From positions 2,108,001-2,172,000 of the forward strand of contig CM022668.1 in the NCBI GenBank assembly GCA_012295275.1: 64,000 nucleotides of DNA. The letters are read 5' to 3'. Of this stretch, positions 22,961 to 53,800 are shown piece after piece. Below the pieces are notes generated by a model that saw only the letters and a program-made list of their open reading frames with translations, was not told where the DNA came from and searched no databases. Within the stretch, counting starts at the first letter, position 1. Each line of letters begins with the position of its first letter. Both the position numbers and the translations under genes were made by a program. Source of the stretch: Chrysomallon squamiferum (lineage: Eukaryota; Animalia; Mollusca).

Positions 22961-23198
22961 TATTATTACTACTTTTTTAGGATACAAAAAAATTTAAATT
23001 TCTTTTAATATAATATTCACCAGAACTCAAACTGCTATACTGTCTTTTATCAATTTTACATTATAATTACTTAAAAATCAATAATTATAATGATAATGAA
23101 TTACTGTTAAAACTGTGTATGTTAGAAAAATATAAGGTTACAAAGATGTCAAAGTGAGACAAATTTCCATTTTAAATGTACAATGATAAACAAAATCT

Positions 23199-23231
<33 letters not shown>

Positions 23232-23420
23232 GACAGAGAGAGTGGAGAAAATAAATGTACTTTGAGACAGAATAAAAATAAGGCATAAGTGAGAAAATGT
23301 GGACAGACTGTTAAATATAATTTGACACATATAATAACACGCAGAGTTAAATAGAAACCGTCAGACAAAATATGGACACAGCCAAATACAAATGAAAAGA
23401 AAATATGGATGCAAATATGG
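22480..23420 (-). pseudogene. Degraded fragment of the SAM-methyltransferase gene (part of last exon plus intron)
   Basis: 22555-22720 matches 59988-60170 (cagtccactgtt..ccaggtacagagttatcttccc..tttgttgccatggagaacatgtact) with indels. 23140-23420 resembles the intron at 60290-60480. Confidence 0.75.
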
Positions 23421-23532
23421 ATTCTAAATCAATCATTTATCAAAAAGTGGCTCGACAAGAAAATATACCAAAGATTTACTTTTTTAGTTTTAGAAATATC
23501 TTTGTTATTTTTTCCAGATAATTTACTTTCTT

Positions 23533-23567
<35 letters not shown>

Positions 23568-23844
23568 CATTAATTTGTGTTGTACTAACACAAATGGATG
23601 AGGATGGTTTTAGTGTGTTCAGATGACAATGTGGCATTTACTGTCCGAGTGTATATTGAGAAAAAAAAATAAATAAATAAATAAATAAATAAATAAAATT
23701 TAGAAAAATAAAATTAAAAAATAAATTTCTCTAAAGACTATTTTGAAACAAAATTTTGTTTGATTATTTTGCTAAAACATTACATACCAGACAGACAATG
23801 TTACACACATACTTGGAAACAAGCTGTCAGTGCTACAGAAGTAC

Positions 23845-24900
23845 CTAACTGACAGTGTTACAGTTATACTTAAAAATGTAACTGACAGTGTTACTGACAT
23901 ACTTGACAAGAGAACTGACAGTGTTACTGACATACTTGACAAGAGAACTGACAGTGTTACTGACATACTTGACAAGAGAACTGACAGTGTTACTGACATA
24001 CTGACAGTGTTGACAAAAAAGTTGAAAAGTGAACTGACAGTGTTACAGTTGACAGTGAACTGACAGTACTGACATACTTGACAAGAGAACTGACAGTGTT
24101 ACTGACATACTTGACAAAGAACTGACAACTGACAGTGACAGTGTTACTGACATACTTGACAAGAGAACTGACAGTGTTACTGACATACTTGACAAGAGAA
24201 CTGACAGACAGTGACATTGACAAGAGAACTGACAGTGTTACTGACATACTTGACAAGAGAACTGACAACAGAACTTGACAAGAGAACTGACAGTGTTACT
24301 GACATACTTGACAAGAGAACTGACAGTGTTACTGACATACTTGACAAGAGAACTGACAGTGTTACTGACATACTTGACAAGAGAACTGACAGTGTTACTG
24401 ACATACTTGACAAGAGAACTGACAGTGTTACTGACATACTTGACAAGAGAACTGACAGTGTTACTGACATACTTGACAAGAGAACTGACAGTGTTACTGA
24501 CATACTTGACAAGAGAACTGACAGTGTTACTGACATACTTGACAAGAGAACTGACAGTGTTACAGTTAACTTGAAAATGTAACTGACAGTGTTACTGACA
24601 TACTTGACAGTGTTGACAGTGTTACTGTTATACTTGAAAATATAACTGAGTGTTACTGTTGTTACTGACATACTTGACAAAGAACTGACAGTGTTACTGA
24701 CTGACAGTGACAGTGTTACAGTTACATACTTGAAAAGATAACTGACAGTGTTACTGACATACTTGACAAGAGAACTGACAGTGTTACAGTTACACTTGAA
24801 AATATAACTGACAGTGTTACTGACATACTTGACAAGATAATTGAAAGTGTCACAGACATACTTGACACAATAAGTGACAGGTGTTACAGACATACATGAC
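23845..24900. repeat. 33-bp minisatellite
   Basis: Unit actgacatacttgacaagagaactgacagtgtt; homogeneous core at 24275-24560 with degenerate edges. Confidence 0.95.
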
Positions 24901-25454
24901 AATATAATACTGTTACAGATATAAATGTGACAGACATATTTGACAGTAGAGTACCCAGCATAGAAAAGTTTTACTTCTCCAAACAGAATCTGTTCAACTT
25001 AAAACTAGAAAAGTAGAAAAACTGTTTGACAGCAGCAATGTACACTCTTCTCATTCTCTGTGCAGTTATTCTTATTTTTCTGTGAATTCGTAGTTAGCTC
25101 TATATCAGCATTTTGTCTGTTGGTTTGTATTTTACTCATGTTTATATGTTGCCTGGCAGTTTGTATTAATTGTGTCCATATTTAATCTCTTCGTTGTTAT
25201 TTAACTTTGTGTCCATATTTTGTCCGTCAGTTTGTATTTAACTGTTTGTCCATATTTTGTCTGTTCGTTTATTTATAACTTTGTGTCAATATTTTGTCAC
25301 TCTTTTTGTATTAACTGTGTCCATATTTTGTCTGTTCGTTTGTATTAACTGTGTCCATATTTTGTCGTTGTCCATATTTTTTGTCCGTTGCTTTTTATAT
25401 ATTCTATTCCATGGACATATTTTATCTTTATAAAAAAAAAAAACAAAAAACAAC

Positions 25455-25501
<47 letters not shown>

Positions 25502-26530
25502 TAATGTTCTGTTAACAACAACAACAATAACAACAATAAGAATAATGTTCTGTTAATGGCATTTTTCATCTCAGTAAATAAACAAATAAATTATAACAAT
25601 AACAACAACAACGGACGTTATAATAATAACAAGAACAGAAATAATAACAGAAATAATAATCTCTTAATTTAAAATGATGTAAATAAAAGTGAAAAAATGG
25701 ACTACATTTATTTTATTTAAATTAAATTACATCTTTTCAACTTAGGTAACTTTGTTGATGTTTTATTTCTAGATGGTTCTGGAAAGGTATACGGAGTCGA
25801 TCCGTCAGAGTACATGTTCTCCATGGCAACAAAGAGACTAGAGAAACAGATAAGTGAAGGGAAGATAACTGATATATTCGCAGAACTAACACAAAAAGAA
25901 ATAAATGATGACATGTTTCATACTGAACGCGATGATTTTGATAATGTTTGTCAACTAAACATGAAAAAACAGTCAAGAAACAACAGAGAGAAAGAGAAGA
26001 TTCTCATTTACACATTTTTAGAAATTCTGAGTCAGACATTCACAAAGAAATAGAAAATTTGAAAACAATGTCAGAATGTTTGGAACAAAACAAAAAGGTC
26101 ATTTGACCTGTGTGTTGTTTAATCAATATTTTTAATATTTTATTAGTGTTGACTGATTTTTGTCACTGTAGTGCAGAATACTGCTGTACACTAGTTTTTA
26201 TATTTTGACTGGTTTGTCAAAATGCATGGTATGTGATGTCGTGTTTATGTAAAGAATTGTTATAGAGAAGCTGTTGTTACTAAATTAAAAATAACAGTCA
26301 ATATCAGCCTGTGTGTGTATGTACAGGTTTTTACTCTTTTAGCTGTTAAATTCACTTCATGATGTTTAGTTTTTTATCAAAAGCAAAAATATTACCATAT
26401 TTGAGTACATCTCACATTACATACACACGTAGACACACACATGCACAAACACACTTACACACACATAAACACATATACATACACACACACATACACAGAC
26501 GTATACACATGGTTATACCTGAGTACATAG
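24900..26530 (+). pseudogene. Inverted, internally deleted copy of the SAM-methyltransferase gene
   Basis: Reverse complement of 59090-62930. It has ATG-TAC-ACT-CTT (MYTLLILCAVILIFL) at 25038 and lacks the motif-I exon. The last exon (DGSGKVYGVDPSEYMFSMATKRLEKQISEGKIT) jumps directly to IFAELTQKEIN. The 3'UTR at 26095-26415 is near-identical to 59180-59500. Confidence 0.85.
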
Positions 26531-27739
26531 AAACAAACACACAGACACACACGCACATAGAAACACACACACAGACACACACGCACATACATATATACAT
26601 ACGCACACTTTAGAAATGCAACAATGCTTATTGCAATAATTACAGTTGATTTCATTTAAAATTTATTTTTTATTTTTTTTCTAATTAAAGACAAAGATAT
26701 AAACATTTTAATGAAATTTATTAACTTCATCTCTCATAATAAACTATTTATTTATTTTATTTTTTCTTCAAGGAAATTTACATATCTAACCACATTATAA
26801 TTAGATAAGTAACTATATACTAAGTACATTGAAATATTTGTAATGCTGATATAAATGATTATAAAATTGCTATATGTATTACAATAATGTTCCTCTTTGT
26901 TGTCTGTGTTTGTTATTCTCTTTTCACAAAAAAAAAACACAAAGCTGTAACGATATTAAAACAAATATTATAGGTTTATTTTTTTAAAAATATAAAATAT
27001 ACAATAATAATCAACTGATTTATAACTAACTGCATGTCCCAGTTATGATAAGAAAAAATAAAAGTCTATTCAACCAAAGTCAGGTGTTGTAAAAACATAC
27101 GAGCGAAGTACGCTCCTTAAGTACAAGTAACTGAAATAATTTAACATAAAACAAGCACATAACACAGTTTTGATGTGGCAAAGTGGTCATCTACTACATT
27201 ACTGAAACAATTAAAATATTTAAACTTACTAAACTAAACACATGATAACTTACTTTAATAAAATAAGAAATACTTTTGGAAACAAAACGTTCACCATATA
27301 TTATTTCTGAATTTTTTTACTAAGTTTCTTTTCTATATATATATATTAAAAAATGTATATTTACAGAATTTTAATTCTTACATTTTGCCATTACTTTATT
27401 CTACCTTGTATCATTAGTTATTTATCGATTGATCATCATACCTCAGCATGCACATATTCAGGAGAGATATGGGTGTTTAAGGTTATATAACTAGGTTACT
27501 AACCACGTGCATGTTTGAAATATGTAGAAACTGCTATAGGGACATGGTGCCCAAAAAGAAAAAAACAGTAGCAAAAATATTTTGTTGTTATTTCTATACA
27601 GGAGGACATAAGAAATAAAATAAAATTATGAAATACATTAGAATAAAAATGATAAACGATCAAATAAAATTATATACCATATAAAAAGTAACAGAAATGT
27701 GTTAATGTTACATAAACATATACCACATTTCACTATCAT

Positions 27740-28297
27740 ACTACAGTTTCACAGTTAGGATGAGAAGTTAACATTTCAGAGGTAAAATGAAATGTTTACA
27801 GTTTTACAGTTGAGCTAAAATGTTTACATATTCGCAGTTAAGTGAATGGGTTACATTTTCGCATTCATGAATAGTTCAGACTAAAAGTTTACATTTTCAC
27901 AATAAAGATTAACAGTTTACATTTCCACAATTAAGATTTAAGTTTACATCTTCACAGTTAAAAAAATAGTTTACATTTTCACAGTTAAGTGAAAAGATAA
28001 TATTTTCACAGCAAAGATGGAAAGTAAAATTTTCACATTTAAGATGAATAATTTACATTTTCAGTTAACATCAATAGTTTAGATTTTCATAGTTAAGGTG
28101 AACATTTACATTTTCAGAGTTAAATTGAATAGTTAATATGAAAAATTAATCTTTTCACAGGTAAGATGAAAATTACAATTATACAGCTAAGAAGAATAGT
28201 TCAGATTTTCAGAGTTAAGATGAAAGTTTACATTTTCACAGTTAAGATGGAAAGTTTACATTTTCACAGTTAAGATGAATAGTTTATATTTTCACAG

Positions 28298-28306
<9 letters not shown>
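27740..28306 (-). repeat. Degenerate 28-bp 3'UTR minisatellite of copy 2
   Basis: Diverged units of tttacattttcacagttaagatgaatag abutting the stop codon at 28298. Confidence 0.8.
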
Positions 28307-37470
<9,164 letters not shown>

Positions 37471-38194
37471 GTTTTCTTTTTATCTTACTGTGACAGCGAG
37501 ACTGAAAGTGAAATTTATATTAAATGATTAACAAGAAATTCGAAGAATTCAAAGTGAAAATAGAAGTGTATTGAAATGTCTGTGCGTATTTGTGTAATAC
37601 CAAACAGCTCATATATGTCTATATGTGTTTTGTACATGTATGTACATGTATGCATGTTTTCGTACTTGTCTCTTTATGTGCATTTAATGCATCTTTATTC
37701 TTATTTAAGTGCATGTTTGTGTACGTAATTGCACCTGTGCCTATGTGTATGTATGTATGTGTATGTATGTATGTGTATGTATGTATGTGTATGTATGTAT
37801 GTATGTATGTATGTATGTATGTATGTGTGTGTATATGTGTATGTGTATGTATGTATGTATGTATGTATGTATGTATGTATGTATATGTATGTATGTGTGT
37901 ATGTGTGTGTATGTGTGTGTATGTATGTGTGTATGTATGTATGTATGTATGTATGTATGTATGTGTATGTGTGTGTATGTATGTATGTATATGTATATAT
38001 GTGTGTGTTTGTCTGTATGTATATCTAATAAACAATGTATATCTAATATATGTTTTGTCTTTCAGTAAGAAAAAATAAGTATTGTGACCTACATTTGATG
38101 TTTGCTTACGAGAACTGATGCGTAACGAGAAATGAAATTATAAAAATGATTTATTCATGAAGACTACAAAATAATTAATTAACAGGTAACTTAC

Positions 38195-38320
38195 CTTGCT
38201 GCAGGTTCGAGTCTTCACGTCTCCAGATTTAGCAACACGACGTAACAAACTACGCAAAGCGATATCGAAAGAAAGATTTTGAATTTCCAGAAAAAATGGG
38301 TGGATTATAATCACGTGACA
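38195..38320 (-). promoter_or_regulatory. Proximal promoter / non-coding exon 1 of copy 2
   Basis: Minus-strand donor at 38195 and ATCACGTGAC at 38310-38319; homologous to 12896-13079. Confidence 0.65.
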
Positions 38321-38780
38321 GAAAAAATGTGTAGATCTAGGACTTGATCCCACACTATCGATTTATTTCTCTTGTTACTGATCTCTGATTAGTGTGACAG
38401 GTTCTAATATTACTGAGAAACTCAGCCAAGTAGTTGTTTACGAATAATGAGTAGTTGTTGGTAAAAAGTAAAAAAAAATTATTTACAGAATATTTGTATC
38501 TGTGTGTGTATGTATTGTATGTATGTATGTAATGCATGTATGTATGCATGTATGTAAAATATATGTGTGTATGTATGTATAATATGTATGTATGTGTAAA
38601 TGTATGTATGTGTATGTATGTATGTATTTTATATATGTATATATTCGAATACTTTCGTTGATCAGTTCTGAAAATTTAGTAAAGACTACATTTGATTGTT
38701 GTCTTACTTCTATGCCTAACGAGAAATAAAATTATAAAAATGATTTATTCTACAAAATATTTAATTAACAGGTAACTTAC

Positions 38781-40115
38781 CTTGCTGCAGGTTCGAGTCT
38801 TCACGTCTGCACATTTAGCGACCCGACGTAAACTACGCAAAGCGATAAAACTCGACAGAAAGATTTTGAATTTCCAAGAAAAATACGTGGATTATAATGG
38901 GTGAGGTGAATGGGTATGTTGAACTTCTATTGATCAGAAAAATACGTGGATTATAATGGATGAGGTGAATGGGTATGTTGAACTTCTATTGATTAGAAAA
39001 ATGGGTGGATTATAATGGATGAGGTGAATGGGTATGTTGAACTTCTATTGATTAGAAAAATGCGTGGATTATAATGGATGAGATGAATGGGTATGTTGAA
39101 CTTCTATTGATTAGAAAAATACGTGGATTATAATGGATGAGGTGAATGGGTATGTTGAACTTCTATTGATTAGAAAAATACGTGGATTATAATGGATGAG
39201 GTGAATGGGTATGTTGAACTTCTATTGATTAGAAAAATACGTGGATTATAATGGATGAGGTGAATGGGTATGTTGAACTTCTATTGATTAGAAAAATACG
39301 TGGATTATAATGGATGAGGTGAATGGGTATGTTGAACTTCTATTGATTAGAAAAATACGTGGATTATAATGGATGAGGTGAATGGGTATGTTGAACTTCT
39401 ATTGATTAGAAAAATACGTGGATTATAATGGATACTGAATGGGTATGTTGAACTTGATATTGATTAGAAAAATACGTGGATTATAATGGGTGATGAATGG
39501 GTATGTTGAATATTGATTAGAAAAATACGTGGATTATAATGGATGATGAATGGGTATGTTGAACTTCTATTGATTAGAAAAATACGTGGATTATAATGGA
39601 TGAGGTGAATGGATATGTTGAACTTCTATTGATCAGAAAAATACTGGATTATAATGGATGACTGTGAATGGGTATGTTGAACTTCTATTGATCAGAAAAA
39701 TACGTGGATTATAATTGGTGAGGTGAATGGGTATGTTGAACTTCTATTGATTAGAAAAATACGTGGATTATAATGGATGAGGTGAATGGGTATGTTGAAC
39801 TTCTATTGATTAGAAAAATACGTGGATTATAATGGATGAGGTGAATGGGTATGTTGAACTTCTATTGATCAGAAAAATACGTGGATTATAATCACGAGAC
39901 AGGGTGTGTAGATCTAGGACGATCCCACACTATCGAGTTTTATCTAGTTACTGATCTCTGATTAGTGTGACAGGTTTTCATATTACTGAGAAACTCAGCC
40001 AAGTAGTTGTCACGAATAATGAGTAGTTGTCTGTAAAAAGTAAATAAATTTTGTTTACAGAATATTTTTATCTACAATTACTCTTAATTATAATTTAAAA
40101 TGAAAACCGTAAACT
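38781..40115 (-). promoter_or_regulatory. Second (distal) duplicated promoter / exon 1 module of copy 2
   Basis: A second copy of the exon-1 donor at 38781. Upstream sequence 39890-40115 is homologous to 12680-12905, and the E-box is altered to ATCACGAGAC. Confidence 0.6.
38882..39891. repeat. 59-bp minisatellite, ~17 copies, amplified from the core promoter
   Basis: Unit aatacgtggattataatggatgaggtgaatgggtatgttgaacttctattgattagaaa. It is present about once in copy 1 (12905-12985). Confidence 0.97.
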
Positions 40116-40179
40116 GATGATGATCATGATGGTGACAATAATAACAACAGTAAAATTATTATTAATAATGGTGATGATG

Positions 40180-40742
40180 ATACTAATACTGATACTGATA
40201 CTGATACTGATGTTACTGATACTGATACTGATACTGATATTGATACTAATACTGATACTGATACTGATACTGATACTGATACTGATACTAATACTAATAG
40301 TACTAATACTAATACTAATACTAATACTAATACTAATACTGATACTAATACTAATAATAATACTAATACTAATACTGATACTAATACTAATACTAATACT
40401 GATACTGATACTGATACTGATACTAATACTAATACTAATACTGATACTGATACTGATACTGATACTAATACTAATACTGATACTGATACTGATACTGATA
40501 CTGATACTAATACTGATACTAATACTAATACTAATACTAATACTGATACTAATACTGATACTAATACTGATACTGATACTGATACTGATACTGATACTAA
40601 TACTAATACTGATACTAATACTGATACTGATACTAATACTAATACTGATACTAATACTAATACTAATACTAATACTAATACTAATACTAATACTAATACT
40701 GATACTGATACTGATACTGATACTGATACTGATACTGATACT
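40180..40742. repeat. (ATACTR)n hexanucleotide microsatellite
   Basis: Mixed atactg/atacta units; source of the spurious poly-IL ORF. Confidence 0.97.
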
Positions 40743-41067
40743 ACTGTGTGTTACGGTGTTAACTGATGTTTTTGTATCTCAGACTGTTTGTATTTGTTCT
40801 GTAGCTATGAAAATACTTTAATGTGTCTGGTTGTGTGTGTGTTTGTGTGTCCGTGTGTGTGTGAAAATACACGTCTGTATGGATGTATGTGTTTTATATT
40901 TAGGTGAACGGTGTGTATCTATAAGAAATATTCCCGTCAGTTTACTCAATACTAACAGCAAATACTATTATTGTTATAACTATCTTTATTAGTGTTATTG
41001 TTATTGTATTATTATTATTATTATTATTATTGTTACTGTTGTTATTATTATATTATTATTGTTGTTA

Positions 41068-41102
<35 letters not shown>

Positions 41103-41106
41103 GTTA

Positions 41107-41197
<91 letters not shown>

Positions 41198-43084
41198 TTT
41201 TTTATTTTTTTTTTATTTTATGTTTTCAAAAATAGTTGGTGCTGTTATTAGTTAGTAACAAAGTATTTTTAATGTAACGTGTGACAGACCAGTGACTGGA
41301 AACACGCCAGGAAGGATTTGACACTGTAATGTGACAAACAGTTTACAGCTGCACGTATTTCACCTTAACAAAATGTAATACTCTTGTTACGTTCAACGAG
41401 CTGACCTAGTGATGATAAATCAAATTCACGGAAAATATATTACTATAATATAATTACTTACTGGATTTCAAGACTAGACTAAATTTAAGGGTATAAATCA
41501 ATTTAATTTCAATACAGACACAAATACAAATAAATGTACATACATAATGCATATGTATAACCAGAAGAAACAACAACAACTACAACAACAATAATAACAG
41601 AAATGATCACATAAGTCTGTAGAAAGTTTCAGTAATATGCCAGTTACATCATACGACGATATCAGCATCAGAACATATGTATGTATGATGATTATTATTA
41701 TCATCATCATCATAATTATTATCATCATCATCATCATCATCATCATAATTATTTTTGTTATTATTAACTTCACTTGTGCATTTAATATTATAAAAACCAA
41801 ATATTTCTTGTTCAAATCCCTCTATACTGATTCTAAATAACAAAACTGTTTTGGTTTTATATATTAATGTATTGTGTATCTGTATCTTCATGATCTACAG
41901 AAACATTTAACCCGTTTTTAAAACCCTGGTGATCGTGTCGCGTCCTTTAATTTCTATCACTGATTAAAACAAATGAGAGTTCTTTGTTCTCTTTAAACAA
42001 ATTTCACCTAACGAGAAATGAAATCTGTGAAACAAACTACATGAATTTAATATTTAATGCTATTAATACTACTACTATTATCATTATCATTTAACAAAAC
42101 TAACAAAATAAGAATACAATGCTGTAAAGATAATAAAACAAATATCATAGGTTCATTTATTTAAAAGATAAAATATACAGTAACACTCAGCTGATTTATA
42201 ACTAATTACATGTGCCATTTATTGTAAGGAAAAACAAAAGTCTTTGATATGATACACAGTGTATTCAACTGATGTCAGGTGTTGTAAAAGCAAAGCATGT
42301 TTGTTAAGTACAAGTAAATCTGAAATAATTAAACATAAAACAAGAACATTACAGTTTTACTGTGGACAAAGTGGTCATCTACTATATTACTGAAACAATT
42401 AAAATATTTAGACTAACTAAACAAACATAATCACTTTAAAAACAAAACGTTGAGCAATTTGTTACTTATGAATTTGTTGCTAATTTTGATATACATTTTA
42501 ATATTTTTATTAAGAAAATGTATATTTAGTGACTTTAGCTATTAGCAGTATTTTACCTTGTGTTATTAGTTACATATAGATTTATCATCATACCTCAGCG
42601 CGCAGGTATTCAGGAGAGAAACAGGTGTTTAATGAAAGAAAAGTCAAGGTTTATATAACTAGGTCACTATCCACATGAATGTTAGCAACTGGTAGAAATT
42701 ACTCCAAGGACAGGTTAAAAATAAATAAATAAATAAAATAAAAATACAGTGGCAAAGAATATATGGTTGTTATTAGAATAATAATGATAAACACGAAAAA
42801 TTATATACAAAATAAAAAGTAATAGGAATGTGTTAATATTACATAACATTTTTACAGTTTAATTAAAAGTTAAGATAAATAGATTATATTTTCACAATTA
42901 AGATGAATAGTTTAGTTTACATTTTTACATTTTACTGTTAGTTAAACAAGATGAATGTTTACATTTTCACGGTTAAGATGAATAGTTTACATTTTCACAG
43001 TTAAGATGAATAGTTTACATTTTCACGGTTAAGATGAATAGTTTATATTTTCACGGTTAACTTGAATAGTTTACATTTTCACAG

Positions 43085-50440
<7,356 letters not shown>

Positions 50441-50879
50441 GTTTTCTTTTGATCTTACTGTGACAGTGAGACTGAAAGTGAAATTTATATTAAATGATTA
50501 ACAAGACATTCAAAGTGAAAGTAAAAGTGTACAGAAATGTGTGTATTCGTGTAAACAGCTCATATATGTTGTGTTATTGTGTGTATTCGATGTATTTGTA
50601 TTTATATATATGTTCATGTATATGCTTGTGTGTATGTATGTATGTATTTATGTATTTATGCATGTATCCTTTCTAAAACATTCAATAAAATTTTGTGACA
50701 GTTAATACCAATACCCTTCTAGAAACCAATACCTTTGAAAAATATATTTAAAACTATTTTTAACACTATTCAGGACATATCCTTTCTCAAAGTCTATAAA
50801 AAACATAAAAAAAAAAAAAAAAAGTTCCAAAATGTTTGTAAAACTTGACATATCCTTTAAAAACGTCTTAAAATATTTC

Positions 50880-53800
50880 CGTACTTTTTATTGAATTAAT
50901 TTGTAAATCCTGTTGATAGGCGTGTTATTCCAAAATCGCGTAGAGACTAAAATGTCTTTTAGACTCGGGTTTTTTCTGTAAGCTATGACGTCACGTGCTG
51001 TTAGTGGATTTTTCACAGTAGTCTGTAAGTTAAAATATTCTCCTTCATAATTGTACCAACGTCAACGTTGCGGCGGTTGTAAAGTTTTTTTTTTAAATTA
51101 TTTTATCTCTGTCTTTACATTTGTCCGATTCAACTTTTATTCCAAGTCGTTTTAGGGTTTTTAACGTGCGAATACAAAACACTTCTCGTTCATGTCTCGT
51201 TTGTTCTATTTCAAAATTATCTTCCTATATATGACGAGGTAGGTTAAAGTATTTGGCGAGAGCAATATCAACTTTATGCCTAATATCGTATTTGTAACAA
51301 CCAGTTCTAACTCGTAACATATTGTGTGTTTGGCCGAAGTACTGTTTTTTACACAAGTTGCATCTTATGAAATACACAACATTTTTGGAATCGCAGTCCA
51401 GGTTAGTTCGGATTTGATGTTCACTTTTTGTTTGTTCGCTGTTGAACTTAGACTGAGATTTTATTATGTCGTGAAGCCTCAATCTGGTGTCTTTGCAGAT
51501 CGCTGTAGATCCGGTACCCAAGTGAGTGGAATATTATGTTGGATTTTACACGGTTTGAATGTGTCTGTTGGATCCAAGGGTTTTTCTAATTCTATGTCGG
51601 TTTCAGATTTAATTTTCCTTAGAACTCGTTTTGAATAATCTGTCGATTTCAGAGCGCAAAATAGAACTGAACAGTGCAATAGTTGGTGGGTGTCCGTGGG
51701 TTTAACAAATATTTTGTAAACTAAGTAATTTGATTTTTCATATTGTATACCTTTGTAAATTGTTACATCCAAAAATCGCTTTAAGTTTTATATTATCATT
51801 TTGTTGATTTAATAATCGAAAATCTTTCCAATATTCGTCTTTAGAATGTTGTCAAATAATAAGACTGTCATCTAAATATCTGAGATATAAAAATGGTTTC
51901 TTGATTGCTGTGTTTAGAGCCGATTCTTCTCATTCTCAGATGTAAATGGAGGCAACATTTGGACTGAAACGCTTGCGCATGAAGCACGCACAAACTTGCT
52001 GACACATTTCCACGTTGTATTCAAAGTCTTTACCCTTTAGCTTAATTCAGGTAATTCCATAATGCTTTCTGTTGGTCTGTCTCTATCTGGATATTTTCAT
52101 ACGATCTCTCAACTGATTCTATGCCCGCATCGACGTTTATGTTTGAGTACATGAAATCAGCTTCCAGGGTGACTAAAAAGGAGTTTCGTGGTACTTTTGT
52201 TCTAGATATTTTAGATAAAAGATCATCTTTATTTTTAACAAAACTAGCATGTCGGTTTGCAACTGGTTTTAAATAAGAATCAATGTATTAAGAATCAATG
52301 TAATAAATGTTGTAAGATTCTGATCCACAATCAGAGATGATTGGTCGACCTGGTGGTGTGTTAAAATCTGTCCATGTTTCCACTGTCTTGTGTATTTTGG
52401 GGAGGAAATAAAATGTCCTAGTCTGAAAATCAAATCGTGATGCTATGTAGTTCATCTCTTTTTTGTTTATGTGACCCTTTTGCTGCACACGAACAACAAT
52501 TCTGTTGAATTTATTTTTATTGGTTGGCCAAATGGCTTACTCCAATTTTTTATAATATTTCGTGTTATTTAGTTGTCTGTGGGCTTCGCGGATGTAATTT
52601 TCCCTTGACAAAATAACAGTTGCTGATCCTTTGTCTGCCAGTTTGATTATTATTTTGTGATTTTTGCGTAGATTGTTGAAAGCACGTCGTTCCATGACCG
52701 AGAGATTTTGTTTATTTTCCAACATTTTCATGGACTTTTCTCCAGATCAGTTTTTCAATTAGCGGGTGTCCAATGAATTTCCTGTGAATGGTTATTTTTC
52801 TCCACTTGAGTTTTTAAAATAATCGGCTGATTTCATCTTATGTTAAAAAATAACCGTCATCGAGAAGACCTTGTAAACCAGTTTTGGGTTGAGGAGTGGG
52901 AACAAAGTTAAGGCCTCGGTTCAATAGAAACTTTTCAGCGGTTGTTAGAAAGTTATTGTTTCCTGTTAGATTTACGATGTTTGTACCTAACCCTATATTA
53001 TGGTGGTTATTACCTTTACCTGAACTTACTTTAAATTTAAGTTATTTAGCCAATATTTAGATATATATTCTGTTGGCCGTCCCTTCGGTTCAACAGATAA
53101 GATCCTGGATCATTTGAAACTCGTTGTTTCGGATTGCTGGTAGTAGGTTTACATCCCTTAGAGTTTTGGCAGCCAAATTTATTTGTTTTCAGACGTGAAT
53201 TTTGATTAGCCGAAATTTATCCGAGAAGTTTATTTCTGCAAAATATATTTTAGTTTTAGTGAATTTCTTCCGGATAGCGCTTATCATGTTTCTTAACTGG
53301 TTTGTGCTGGTTCACCGATTTTGGTCCTTGCAGTTTATTCCTATATTTAAGATTATGTTTTCTGCCTGCAACTTGCTTTTATGGTTAACGACCATTGTCC
53401 TAAAGTGATTAAAGTTGGCGCCTGGCTAGCATTCCACTTGGTCTTGACAATGCACATGTACATTAATCTGTGATAGATTTGATGAGCCAACAATCGTTGG
53501 TAAGCGCCACTGTGTTTTATCAGACCCAGTGTGTCTCTCTTTACAGAATTTAGACAGTCTAAATGTGGGAGATTTTAAGGCTTGGACGAATGATTTAAGT
53601 GGTTCATTAACTTCAGGAGCGGCGCGTGGAACTTGAGCTTAGTTTTAGGAATTGGCGGGTTAGTCTTTAAGTCTGAACGTTTACACGGAGTACTCAGCCC
53701 GTTTTGGTCTACTTGCATGGGCGGTACCAGTTTGGGGGCTGCGATTCTTCACTCTCTTTTTTTATTCCTTTGGGGGTAGCCCAGAAACAACAACAAAAAA

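Noticed and set aside
24177-24902. Repeat-protein ORFs (TDSVTDILDKR)n / (SVTLSVLLSSM)n
   Set aside because: The 33-bp unit is a multiple of 3 and open in several frames on both strands; there is no splice or start support.
38882-39891. CRISPR-like regular array (also 23845-24900 and 60772-61518)
   Set aside because: These are head-to-tail tandem units with no unique spacers and no cas genes, in a eukaryotic context.
40117-40821. 234-aa poly-IL ORF and similar poly-I/L/Y/N, MYVC and ER ORFs elsewhere
   Set aside because: They are microsatellite translations.
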